Source: Oopsacas minuta
Taxonomy: Eukaryota > Animalia > Porifera
Assembly (NCBI GenBank): GCA_024704765.1
Contig: JAKMXF010000155.1
Coordinates: forward strand, 62,001 to 126,000
DNA length: 64,000 nucleotides
Direction of reading: 5' to 3'
The first letter of the stretch is position 1; every line of letters starts with the position of its first letter. Below, in pieces: positions 1-11,588 of the stretch. The notes under the pieces were generated by a model, which searched no databases, was not told the origin of the DNA, and worked only from the letters and a program-made list of their open reading frames with translations. Made by a program: the position numbers and the translations under genes.

Positions 1-1068
1 ATACTGTTGTATCATAACAGGCACCAACTGTATCTGTTTCTATATCCCACGACTCAAGAAGTCCTTTAACAGCGTCGGTAGTATATTTTCCAGTTCCTGA
101 CAAGCGCTTAGGGGCTCCAAGTAACTTGATAGAACTATCTTCAGAACTGGTTAGGAGGACAGCTATTCGATCACCAAGTGGGATACTCTTATCTGTATCT
201 GGTAAGAGTTTGCCATCCCAATGCACAACAGATTTCGTGGAGGAGAATGCCTGACGGGCCTCCTGGGCTTATTTCTTCCATTGCTTCTGGCTTTGACGGT
301 GAATAGTGCTTTTTGAGAGTGAAACAGTACTTGAAGGGACACCAGCCGTGTTCAAGAGAGATGCAGCAATCATTGATGCCTTGTGTACACTGGTGTTTGT
401 TCTGTCAAGAACAGCATTAACTTCGGACTGATGATTCGCTGCTTCTTGACTCCAGTCGAATTGTATGTGAATGTCCCATCATCACTCGTGTCTTCATAAG
501 TAGTCTCGTCGGGCTCTGAATCAATTTCTTGGCTGGTGAACTGCGATTTTGGTGCAGAGGATTGTACAGTTCAAGATGCGCGCGTCTTTTGGCCGACAAC
601 CCTTCTAGCGTTGCTAGCGAGGAATCTATCCCCCGATACTTCCAGAACGATCCATGCGCTGCTGAGCGAGGAATTGTCTGTCCTCTTCAAACTGAATTAA
701 ACAGTTTGCGTGAGCTGAGCTATGTCAAACAATTTATCTAGTTTGATTGAGTACTCTTCCTGGTTTGGAATGTCTGACAGATTGCTACGCTGCATGTTTT
801 TCGAAAGCTGTTGTTGTTGCTTGTAGAGTTTCTCTATTTTATCGATGATATCTCTCTTAGATTTCACTGGAATCCTGCACTGGTGCCATATCTTAATTAA
901 TTCGTCATAGGTTGTATGTGCGCTTTCCCGTCTTGTGCACTTACTTTCGCGATGTTTGATAAAAAAGCGCATAACATCAAGTCCACTAGGCAACTTTGCA
1001 CCAATTATTTTGTCAGCGGGGAATCCGATCAACCAAATGTGTTGAGAACTGCGAGTTTTTGCTGCCAT
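1..1068 (-). pseudogene. hATm-type (HWDGK-motif) transposase, frameshifted
   Basis: ORF 697-1068 (IWLIG..GAKLPS..VMRFF..IW..CRIP..KIEKLY..LDKLFDIA) continues after a frameshift as EEDRQFLAQQR, then VVHWDGKLLP (about 205-230) and SGTG..AVKGLLESWDI..GACYDTT near position 1. Confidence 0.75.
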
Positions 1069-1579
1069 ATTGTCAATTTATTAAACATTTCAAACAAAAG
1101 TCAGAATTTATACTAGTCCCGGAATATGGAGCAAACCCTACTATTGAACACAATAATTCCTTAGTAATTTAATCTTATTTACGACGGAAATATGACTCAA
1201 TTACAAACCAGAATCTATTCTTTAGTTATTTTAGGAAGTAATCAATAGAAACTTGAAACTTGACGAACAGTAACAAATGAATCATAAAATTCAATAATTC
1301 AAATCCGAAAGTATACAAGATAACAAATTTATGATGCTAAATCTGAAATCTGCATCGTTGATTCACCCAAGTTAGCATTTTAAAGAAAGTTTCTAGGAAA
1401 AATGAAATTTTGGAATAGTTAAAAAACAGGTGTAAAAATTAATTTACAAAGCCATTGAGGACCCCCAAATCACTTCATAAATACCTGAAATTTTTCCACA
1501 ATCATTTTATGACATATAGAAACCTCTTAGGGGGTCCCCCATAAACCTTACAAAAATTCTATTTTTTTGGGACACTCTA
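1..1579 (-). mobile_element. hATm-type DNA transposon, 5' part (runs off the window start)
   Basis: Terminus GGGACACTCTA at 1569-1579 (reverse complement TAGAGTGTCCC, the TAG-start typical of hATm). The transposase remnant lies downstream on the minus strand. The other end and TSD are outside the window. Confidence 0.65.
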
Positions 1580-2280
1580 TTGTGTATCTCAACTATTCTG
1601 TTACCTCATAATCATGCATTTCAATAAATTTTAAATTGTAGGAAATCTACCCATTCTACAAGTCTCGTTTTTCCTATTCATATGTCAAGCATACTTAGGA
1701 AACAAATCAACATGTCTGTAAATCCATTAAATAACATTCCTTTCGTTGTAATGAGAGGTTGAGACTGTTTGGCATTCCGAAATACCAGTGAGGTATGACA
1801 GATTCAGAAGCCAAGAATTATCATCCATAACTGTTACTCAATCACCCTCAACCTGCAATCTGAACTTGACATATAAATCTAGAAGAAGCCTAAGAACATT
1901 TCCTATCGTCAACTAACAACGTATAAGCAAAAGCGTGTTGTATTATATATATTTAGAATGTTGGAGTATTCACAGCATTTGATTAAATATAGCCGAACAT
2001 TTTTATACCAACAAGAAAAACATGTTTCAGAGAATCTGGAAAAGTCTTAAATGCTAATGCCTCCCTATGTACCATAAAATAATTCCCGATGACATGTGGC
2101 GCAGAATCCCTAAAATTTTTCATGAATCTTGAAGGACAGCCAAGTTTTGCTGCTGAACCATCCGTACAGATGTCTAATTATTTCATAATTCAATGTAAGA
2201 TAAAAGAGTGTATTTTCTATATATATCAACTTCACTTGTTTGTGAGTCCTGAAGGGCACACAATAGAAATTCCTCCTTAA

Positions 2281-2502
2281 CACGTATATATTTTCATAAG
2301 AATTGACTTAGCGGGGTCAAAATTGACCCCAGATTGACCATTAATTAATTGACGAAGTGGGGTCAGAATTGACCCCAACTATTATCATATTGACGAAGTG
2401 GGGTCAGAATTGACCCCAACCATTATCATAGTAACGAAGTGGGGTCAGAATTGACCCAAAATTTAATGGGGTCATTATTGACCCCACATAGTCTACCGAA
2501 AG
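2281..2502. mobile_element. TTAA-flanked non-autonomous insertion (piggyBac-type MITE)
   Basis: TTAA at 2277-2280 and 2503-2506. Removing the insert plus one TTAA restores the host Buster motif ..SDFKEEF... The interior is an array of GGGGTCA-N4-TGACCCC palindromes. The two ends are not clean inverted repeats. Confidence 0.6.
2313..2486. repeat. Tandem array of palindromic units (41-bp period)
   Basis: Unit TTGACGAAGTGGGGTCAGAATTGACCCCAACYATTATCATA at 2349-2389 and 2390-2430, partial third unit from 2431, plus extra core palindromes at 2313-2330 and 2467-2486. Confidence 0.9.
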
Positions 2503-2523
2503 TTAAAATCTGAATTATAAATA

Positions 2524-2709
2524 CAGTAGAACTCGGATAAGACGTACTCGGCTTAAGACGTACACTCAGTTAAGACGTACTATTTCTTATATCCCAAAAT
2601 ATCAGTCATCACTATTTGTAATGCAAACATATTCGGATAAGACGTACACTCGGTTAAGACGTACTAATTTCTGTTTCCCGAAGGGGTACGTCTTATCCGA
2701 GTTCTACTG
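2524..2709. mobile_element. pogo/Tigger-type MITE, 186 bp
   Basis: Perfect 24-bp TIR CAGTAGAACTCGGATAAGACGTAC, TA on both sides (2522-2523, 2710-2711), internal TAAGACGTAC repeats. Confidence 0.9.
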
Positions 2710-3065
2710 TACATCAAAGGAAAAACAAGAAGTTGAGCACATGAGACAAAATCTATTGAGTCGTCCAATTGAAGGCAAAATGTACCAGACTTTTGCTTTG
2801 ATAACCTGGTCGATACATCAAATCGTTTGGGAATTATTCAAGTGAAATTAGTAGTCCATCGACCATTATGACGGACACCTATAGGGCACATGAAGTTCAA
2901 AATCCACATTTGCCAGATCTGTTATAAATTCATTGAGTAACTTCTAGATAGTTGTATATGTACATACTGAGAGGATTTCTAAGATTGGTAACGATTTCCG
3001 AGGTACTAATAGGTTAAAAATGAAACCTAAGTGAAATTATGAACTTATTGAAAAATACCTCCTTA

Positions 3066-4372
3066 TAGGGTGCCTAATAAGTTCTGTCCTCAATGTTTCT
3101 GCCTGCCATATTTGCTATATTAAACCAATTTGGTTGATATTTTACAAACTGATAAAATATTTAGTAGTAAAAGGTTTAGTAAAGTGTTCACTCAATATAT
3201 CCTCCCTTTTGAGAAATTACAGCCTGTAGCCGCGTCCTAAGTTCCCTACTGCATTTCGCAGCTCATCTTGTGGTATTTTCTGCCATTCACGCTGAAGGGA
3301 GAGCTTCAGAGAGTCCAAACTCTTGTGAGGTTTAGCACAGACCCTTTCCTCCAGATTAGCCCAGACGCTATAATCGAGCGGATTCAAATCTGGACTAGAT
3401 GGGGCCATTTGTCTTTACTAATAAACTCGATTTTTCTTGCCCTTAACCAGTCTTGAGTGCTTTTGGATGCATGTGCACGGGCAAAATCCTGTTGAAAGAT
3501 CCAAGTGTTATTTCTAAATTGATTTTACCCACCTATACTGATTTCCTGTTCCAAAATCAATTCTTGGTATGTCGCAGAGTTGATTTTGACCCCTTGGGGG
3601 ACAAAATCAGATTTGTCCGTGTATTTGCGGACACATCGCCCCAGACCATCACAGACATTGACTTCTGCACTCTATCGATGTATTTCAGGTTTTCTGGGAT
3701 TGTTGTAGAACTGGTAACAAGAATCCGGTCATTTTGTCGGCTCCAAGCCTCTTCAATCGTGAAAATCTTCTCATCTAAGAAGAGGATCTGGTCTTGGGCC
3801 CAAGGAGCGAACTGCTGAAAAGTGCTTTCGATCTATCCAGCCTCTTAGTCCGAATACTCGGGTTAAGGAGGTGTACCTACTTTCTTTTAAAAGACCTAAG
3901 CCCTTGATCCTCAACTACAAGCTTTCGCATCGTTTCATGATTAACCGATAACTCACGGGCCATTTTCCTGATGGATCTCCGGGCATTCCGAGAAATTCGG
4001 CAGCGGACTTTGTTTTTCAAGGCTGGAGTCCTTACAGACTTTGGGCGACCGGATCTAGGTTTGTCACTCAAGCTTCCAGTATCCTTATATAGTTTTATGG
4101 TACGATATATTAGTTAGGTGTAACAATTCCATTTTTTAGCTTTTGAAAAATTTCCTTTTTGAGCTACCTATCCCGAAAAGTGCGATAATTTTGGATCTAA
4201 TCTTTTCAGCCATTATTTTCACAAGTGTAAATAATATTATGTGGGAGCCTATTATATCGTTAGAAAGAGCCGAAAAAGTGTTACAAATTATGCATCTGAA
4301 ACTACTTGTGTGTTCATACGTAACTATGCAATGAGATGTGATTTATGAGGACAGAACTTATTAGACACCCTG
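3066..4372 (-). mobile_element. maT (DD37D) Tc1/mariner element, full length, decayed
   Basis: TIRs (C/T)AGGGTG(T/C)CTAATAAGTTCTGTCCTCA at both ends, TA flanks, 1307 bp. Confidence 0.9.
3188..4132 (-). pseudogene. DD37D transposase, frameshifted
   Basis: DKPRSGRPKS and ARRSIRKMAREL HTH; LFLDEKIF; FQQDFARAH...WP(P)SSPDLNPLDY. 37 residues between the 2nd and 3rd Asp after repairing a 1-bp deletion. Confidence 0.9.
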
Positions 4373-4689
4373 TAATCCTGTATTTGTTGATAAATCGACC
4401 AAAAATTCGATATGAAACCAATGGCAAATGTATTCTTAAAAATTATATCCTGTGAGCCTGGAGACAGAGGCTGAGAACTCATCTGAAATACAAGACATTG
4501 TTGAACCTACGAATATAATTATTATTCTTTTGGAAAATCCAAAGTATTATGAATTTTACGGAAAGTATTCGTAAAAGTGCTGCGACGGCAGCAAGCAAAA
4601 ATTTGGAGAGTAAATTCGATACACTAAACAAAGAATTCAATCTTGTTGAGTAACCGGAACAAAATCAAAGATAATGCTCCTGTTATATC

Positions 4690-4800
4690 AGACCCTATAT
4701 AGTAGTCCTTGTAACTGAAGCTGAAAGAGTGTTGAAACTGAAAAAGAGTTTTCTTCTGCCAGACTCTTTCTTACTAAATTGAGATCGAGTTTGTGTACTT
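4690..4800 (+). pseudogene. Small remnant of a hAT C-terminal dimerisation domain
   Basis: Translates as VTEAERV...FSSARLFLTKLRSSL, resembling the hAT TSVEAERxFSxAGxFxTKxRS motif. Short and degenerate. Confidence 0.35.
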
Positions 4801-5688
4801 ATCCATATACTCGTTAGTATCAGTTAGAGAACATTTCAAAAGTTTCAAGAATAAATTTCAGATTAATTGTAACATATAGCTACAAGGAAATGCATAGAAG
4901 TTAGAACATTGTCTTATGACCATATATATTTCTTTGTTATTGTCGAAATTTCTCTTATAAAGAATTACGATACGTATATTGACTTATGTCAAGAACATTC
5001 CAAAAACTTTCGGCATAAACTGGGCATGAAAATGAGATGAAAATTGAATACTGTATTAGTTTTGACCAGAACTATGGAAGATTTTGTATGAACTTTTAGA
5101 TTGGCAAGAACGTGACATTAACTTGACATTTCTGCGGCTTAAACATCGCATGAACTTCGCAAGTTTGTGGTAAGAAAATGGCATGACCTTCCAAATCAGA
5201 AGCGAGAAGTAGCATGAACTTTTCAACCCTATGGCAACAACTTTGTGGAAACATGATCTGGCAACGCTGGCATGGGCGCATAATAAGGGAAATACGATAC
5301 ATTGGCTCTCTACAATGGATATTTAGCCAATGTTCGATTTCTAAATTTTACAAATTTTTTGGCATCTTCACCCCAACTAACATCGATAGATCGGGTGGAA
5401 AACTCACAAAAACTATTAAATTTCAATGGTAAATTTTAGCGAGGCACAAAAGCTGCATAGAGTGTCAGATGAAAATCATATACCAAGGATCAAATCCAAG
5501 GTAACAATGAAACCTTTGACAAGTTTTCAGCTCTAAAAATAAACAGTGTGGGCATAGAGCGAATACGGAAATAGTCATTCATATAAATATTTTGAATGAC
5601 TATTATCTGTATCTGCAACCATATAGTAGGAACCAGAGGAGCCGCTGGAAATTGTTTCAGATGGTACCTGCCTTTCGCACTCAATATA

Positions 5689-5760
5689 TAGGGTGATACA
5701 TTTGATAACTGAACACAAAATTGGGGAACACATTTTTTGAAACATCCATAAATTCTGTAC
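5689..5760. mobile_element. Solo Tc1/maT-type terminus
   Basis: TA followed by TAGGGTGATACATTTGA, similar to the CAGGGTG termini of other elements here. No partner end found. Confidence 0.3.
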
Positions 5761-6391
5761 GGAATTGCAAACGTATTAGCTTAACAAACAAGTGATCCAG
5801 GAAGTTGTGTTATAAATTATCATCTCTCATTTGAAAAGAAACGAAAATGGATTCGCAAGTACCATTCTAATATTCATAAGCTAAACACAATATCAAAAAC
5901 AAAGGTACAGAATTTGGTCCATCGGACTTCGTTTGTATGGTGAAAATCCAAAAATGAGAATTGGCGAAATTTGCATATATCGAATATTCGTAATTCTTAA
6001 ATTAAGTAAACTAACAAAAATACAATTACTAATAAATATTGGAAGGCCGCATAGAAACTTTCGAATCAGGCCCCCTGGCCGTAGTTTGGGGATTCCTTTT
6101 TTAGAATATTGATTTGAGAAAATATAAAAAGGATTTTACCTTGGATATATTAAAATTTAGAAACTGCTCTTCTTCTGTAAATCCTTCTCATTCTCTGGAC
6201 ATAAAAAAAAACATATAAAGTCGTATATTCAATTGGTCAGTATGGATACATGCAAAGATTCTGTAACCAAGGTTAAAATAATATGGAGGGCTCATTAGGA
6301 AAATTCTATTAATTACAATCTCACTAACCCGAAACATTTTTGTATGAATATCATGGAATATTAATTTTATACCAATAAGCCTAGGCGTATC

Positions 6392-7129
6392 CAAGGGCGT
6401 CAGAAGTAGCGGGGATGGGAGGTACTCATCCTCCCATGATTTAGACAGAGGGAGATAATCCCCCTATAATTGTGAGTGAGTATTAAAGTTTTTCGAAATT
6501 ATTAGAAAATTCTGCCAATTTAAGAGCAATATAAAGTACAATTGTTTACACCCTGGTTCGGCATTCTCGATCTTGTTTGAAAATAATTATAATCAACTAA
6601 GAGGGTGGGTTATCCCCTTGAGGGTATTATCTCCCCCTTCATAGTTTGTTTATCGTTATTTTCATATTATAATGTTATTGCCAGTTGGGAAGTATTTTCA
6701 ATAGAACCTCACACATCCAGTCATTGGTTGAAGCCTACTGGAGTTACATCTTCATATTATCTGGTTATATATTTGGCCCCACACATGTATAGGAATGATT
6801 TACTACTAACAACAAAGCTTGTTAAAAAGTAATTTTCCACTTGTTTCATGACTGCTGATTACCAACTACATCAGTAGTACATAAGGAATGAATATACTAT
6901 AGTTTATATTTTCATTTTATAGGCAGATTTAAATTTGTTTGTGTGGCTTTTTCAACTCAACGAAAAATTTGAAATCACAGCTTGTTCCTCTGGTAGCCAC
7001 AATCGCAAGAGACATAAGTAATTATCCCTTGTGGACACATGTAAGATTACGAATTACTAAATTGAGTGTCATTATTCATGCATTCATGTCATTAAATCTC
7101 CCATGAAATACCAGTTTCCTATGCCCCTG
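6392..7129. mobile_element. Old non-autonomous hAT element (MITE-like)
   Basis: Ends CAAGGGCGTCAGAA and TTCCTATGCCCCTG (about 10/14 inverted match). Flanking 8-mers GGCGTATC and GACGTAAC match 6/8. Confidence 0.45.
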
Positions 7130-8238
7130 GACGTAACATTGCACTCAATTCTGGAGAGGGTTGGGCGAACTAGTGAATGGATAAATTTAGCAAAAGTCTG
7201 AACATAATTTAAGAGTTGTAATACAGAATTGCATAGAAAATTACAATTTCAAACACAGGTATTGAATCAACAGTATTTGGATGGAAAGAATTCCTGAACG
7301 CCTGCACAAAATCGCACTGATTTGGCTGACAACTAAGTATATGGTCTGGCCAAGAGGAGTGTGTAAAAATTCTTGGGATCTATAGACCCTCCCAAGACAA
7401 CAAGCAGACCCCCCTGTAATTACCCGTAAAAAACAACCTCAGGGAGTTAGCAATATATCTGATATGTATTATATCTCCAATTAGTCCGAAATTTAGCGAG
7501 AGAAAATAATTTCAGAAAACATTTAGGCACATGATTGTTTGCATATATTATTCATAAATTGTAGGGCATGGCCCCCTGTGTATGCTATGAAGTTAGTGAA
7601 TTTCGGGTGGAGCTCCCGAAGCGATCTCATAGGGCCACTTGTCAGCACTGCAAAAGGCAAATAAAGAAGGGAAACATATTGTAATTTACCTTCTAGCAAT
7701 AAGAATATTATTGAAACAATATCGTACAGAACTGCTTGGCTAAGTACATGACCACGTATATGTAAACATATTGTGCATCAGTAACAATGCGAATAGTAAT
7801 CTCAAATTTAGATTCTTCCGATTGCATATTGAACCTGGATCCCATCGAAGAAAACAATTGAAACACCCACAACACCAACCTACGAATATCGAGTGTAAGC
7901 CACTGGAATTGAAACCTCGAGTGCTATAAGCCCTTGCCAAAATTATCACCTCCTTAACCAACTACATGAGAAATTCGCTACCAAGGCTGCATAATGGACA
8001 TTGAATTTAGCATAATCTTAATGTTCACCAAATAAAGTAGATTCTGTAACGACCATAAATGCTACATAGAAAATCGTCCCTTCAATCATTCAGAAATACT
8101 GCAAGAGAAACCAAGAAATCATGAAAATCCAAATGCATATTAAATACAAGGAATAGGAAAGCAAATATTCCCCAAAGAGCAAGTTCACGAGATCATTAAA
8201 TACCAGCACAACCCAAATAAAATCTATCAAAATCTATT

Positions 8239-8365
8239 CAGGGCGTAGCGACTAAAATCAAAGTGGTCAAGTTAACTTAACCAACCTGACTGAGTGGTGT
8301 CATATTGGGGAAATTCAGTAACCAAAAGTGGTCAAGTTGAAACCTGACCAGTGGTTACGGCACTA
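8239..8365. mobile_element. 127-bp hAT-type MITE with 5-bp TSD
   Basis: Ends CAGGGCGTAGC and GTTACGGCACTA (degenerate inverted). Internal direct repeat AAAGTGGTCAAGTT x2. CTATT immediately on both sides (8234-8238, 8366-8370). Confidence 0.55.
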
Positions 8366-9049
8366 CTATTCTATAAGTGAAATGGAGAGGAGAGTATACG
8401 ACATCATGCAATCTGTGGACGATATACGGCTGTAATTAGTTCAAATACAACCATCATAAACTCACCTAAGTTAACCGCCGATAGCATCTGGGATTTTAAT
8501 ATAAATAGAGAAGTCCCAGCGTCCTCATACTTTCAATTTCACTAAAGGGGGCTTGGTGAGTTAATTGGAATCACAAATATTGAAGCCAAATTCCAATAGA
8601 TATTATAATTGACTGCTAATTGTGAATTTGAGAAACTAGAATATATTGATTTTCAAATTTGCTAGAAGTTCTATATGATTCGAGAGGATTGATACAGTCT
8701 AGCAATCTCTTGTGAACAAGGATAAAACATCGAATATTTACGTACAGAAGGACTATGTTGCAACAAATACTTCACTATCTTCAAATGATAGTGAACAGCT
8801 GTTTTTATCCCTGTAATAATTAAGTTAGAACTTCGATATTTACTTGTACCATGATATCATAGTTATTTCGAAAAAAAGTGGAATATTGATGGAATGCTGA
8901 TACATTCCTCTGTTACTATGATAATGTATATGAACAGATTCTAGCCATAAATGGAAAGATATTGATGATAGGTACATACTTTTGACACTAGTATGCCTGC
9001 AATACCAGACTTCGATTAATGAATAATATAGATTTGTACCTAACTCGAA

Positions 9050-9920
9050 AGCGGAATAAGTAATTTAGTCAATTACCATCTATGGTCAAAGATTATATAT
9101 GATGTAATATTTAATAACCGAATATTGCAGAGAAATGTGTGATTATGTGGCGAGCTCATTTCCTTTCCAATGCAATCCAAGAGAAGAAGCTTTCGAGGAG
9201 CAAGGGACTATTATCCCCAACTATATACAATAGAAGAAGTACCCAACCCACAAAATGACAGGATATTGTTCACTTCTGTTTCTGCTATCCTTGAAACTAT
9301 CGACTCCTAAAAAGAGTACAAAAACCAAGGTTTCTGATATTATGGCCAGGAGTCTCAGTTATAGGCCGCACTCTATTAGGATTTGCCCCATGTGGCGTAA
9401 AATTAATGCATTAACCTACCAAGAGCGCATTTAGACCCAGTAGTTAAAGACCTCATACAAACAATGTTCAACAGCGGGATATTTATGTTTCAACAGGATG
9501 GTGCACATACTCAAACGGCAAATACAAATAAGATTTGCTTCACAAAGAGATTCCCCAATTTATGCCCAAGTTTGGAATGGCCCCCCATCTAGTCCCGACA
9601 TTAATCCAGTGGACTTTTCTGTACGATATATTTAGGAGAGAAATGATTGTTCGAACCCGCAGAAAATTTGGAGTCTTTGAGGGAATCTTTGATAAGAGAA
9701 TGGGAGAAAATTCCTCAAGAATTCTTCAGTACCGCAGCAGACTCCGCCCCGAAACGCCTGAAGGCTGTCTTTAAGAAGAAAGGGCCGATATATCTAATAA
9801 GTGAAGTGTATTGTTTCATTATGAGTATGGAATTGTAAGTTATTAAGTTACAGGGTAATCTATGCTATTATGGCTGCGTTATAATGATTTATCTATGGAA
9901 CAGAACCTATTAACAACCTG
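9050..9920 (+). pseudogene. maT (DD37D) element 3' remnant with right TIR
   Basis: TIEEVPNPQNDRI, GVKINALTYQ, FMFQQDGAH, PPSSPDINPVDFS, RLKAVFKKKG. Right TIR GGAACAGAACCTATTAACAACCTG ending at 9920 resembles the TIR of the 3066-4372 element. Left boundary approximate. Confidence 0.8.
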
Positions 9921-11588
9921 TGCATATGATAAAATCAATACTTTTAACACTCGTTGAATTCGTAATTCGTTTTGTTACTCTTTACAAATTTAGTGATATT
10001 ATCTCAATTCTTCCTTCATATTACAACACAGGGATTCCCTTAATTTTAAATACGCATAGGAATTCTTATAGTTCAATGCACTAAAATAAATGCAATCATT
10101 AATCGATCTATAATTATAAATTACAAAATATTGCAAATTATTTCAACCTCAGTATCAGCTTCATTGGGAGAGTCAATGGACTTTGAACTAAATAAATACA
10201 TAACTAAGATTGATTTGGCATGCCTAGTGATGCTAATGACTATTTTAAGCAATTGCTATCAAATATTATGTTTATTTATCATAGTGATAAAAGGTAGGAC
10301 TTAAGTTCTATTTGGTGCCTAAATCCCTAGGAATACGGCAGCAAATTGTAGGGTTTGGGTAATTGTCAAAATAGCATAAATTTTTTTGTGGAGTGTGTTA
10401 TACTTTATTAGCATTTGTATTTTTGTAATGTATCTAGAGTTCAAATCTATTGATCAATAAACTCAATTTAGGGTATATTCAAGTATTAGCATATGATGAA
10501 TGATATTTTCATATCGTTAGGCAATATTGAAAAATATATTGATTAACTTCCACCAACTAATTTATGAATATACACAGGGACGTAATTAGATTCTGAGACT
10601 TTCATGTCTCTAACACGAGTATTTACATACTATAGTAAATTTCTTTGCTAGTGATATTTTTAGTAGAAATTATAGACTCAAAATTCACATTTAGTCAATT
10701 CCGCAAGTAGAGATTGTGATTCGAGGAATGAGATATTTCTTCTAAATAGTATTTAAGGTTTGAGAATAAAGGGTGTTTGTGACTCAAATTATCCGAATTT
10801 GTTGCATAGTCGAATGTGGCTAAAATTTCAACAAAATAACTTTTGCTATAGGGTGGCAATGAAATGTACTCACAAGGTTTGTTGTGTTCTTTAGTCTCGA
10901 CGCGTATTTAGGGAAATCGGCTATTTCCTAAATTTAGCCTGGATACCATTGAGAATGTATAACTAGGGGGTTCAATAAGTCTTACGGATGATATCATAGA
11001 ACAGGGAACAAACACTATACACACTAATTCACTACATTATTTATTCAAAGTAATCCCCTCCTGCAGATACACAAAGTATTAACCTATCCATCCACTCGTA
11101 AAAACACATTTCTGTACTCTTCTTTGGGATGGATTTGAAGTACTGGTACAGGGTCGTCCGAGTGATTACAATGTATTAATATCTTTGCATTAAAGGTAGA
11201 TTTTAAGCTTGGGAAATAGCAAAAATCACAATGAACTGGGTCTGATGAGTATGGTAGATGGGGAAGTAGTACTAACCCTTCTAAATCGAAGAATCTTTGG
11301 TTAGCTAAGCTGTATGGGAACTGGCGTTATAAATTTAAATCTTCATTCCTCTAGTTCCAGTTTTCGGGCAATACTTTTCTATGTCTTTTATCAAGTTTGG
11401 AAGCACTTGCTCTATAAAGAAAGTAGCAGTAACAGCCTTGCCACCTTCACAAGGTAATCGCAAGACAATTCCATGACTATTGAATAAGATGGTATACATA
11501 CTCTTAGGTTTCTAAAGTCGGGCCTAGGAATTATCGCCAGCTGTTCGTCGCCTCTCACTCATTATCGCTTCTTATACTTGCTATATGG

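Larger units (their letters stand above)
1700..2870 (-). pseudogene. Highly decayed Buster/Charlie hAT transposase fragment, interrupted by two small insertions
   Basis: Minus-strand translation gives LQLDDSID..CAQLLVF (about 2715-2790), YNSDFKEEFLLC across the insertion sites, ICTDGSAAKLG and HREALAFKTFP (about 2040-2170), and WLLNLSYLTGI..NSLNLSLQ (about 1745-1830). Confidence 0.75.

Noticed and set aside
2313-2486. CRISPR-like array of palindromic repeats
   Set aside because: The intervening sequences are themselves repeated rather than unique spacers, the context is eukaryotic, no cas genes are present, and the array sits inside a TTAA-flanked insert.
3453-3818. 121-aa plus-strand ORF (and similar ORFs at 14035-14265, 16062-16283, 30326-31073, 37271-37724, 39534-39770)
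   Set aside because: These are antisense or alternative-frame shadows of transposase coding sequence with no independent motifs.
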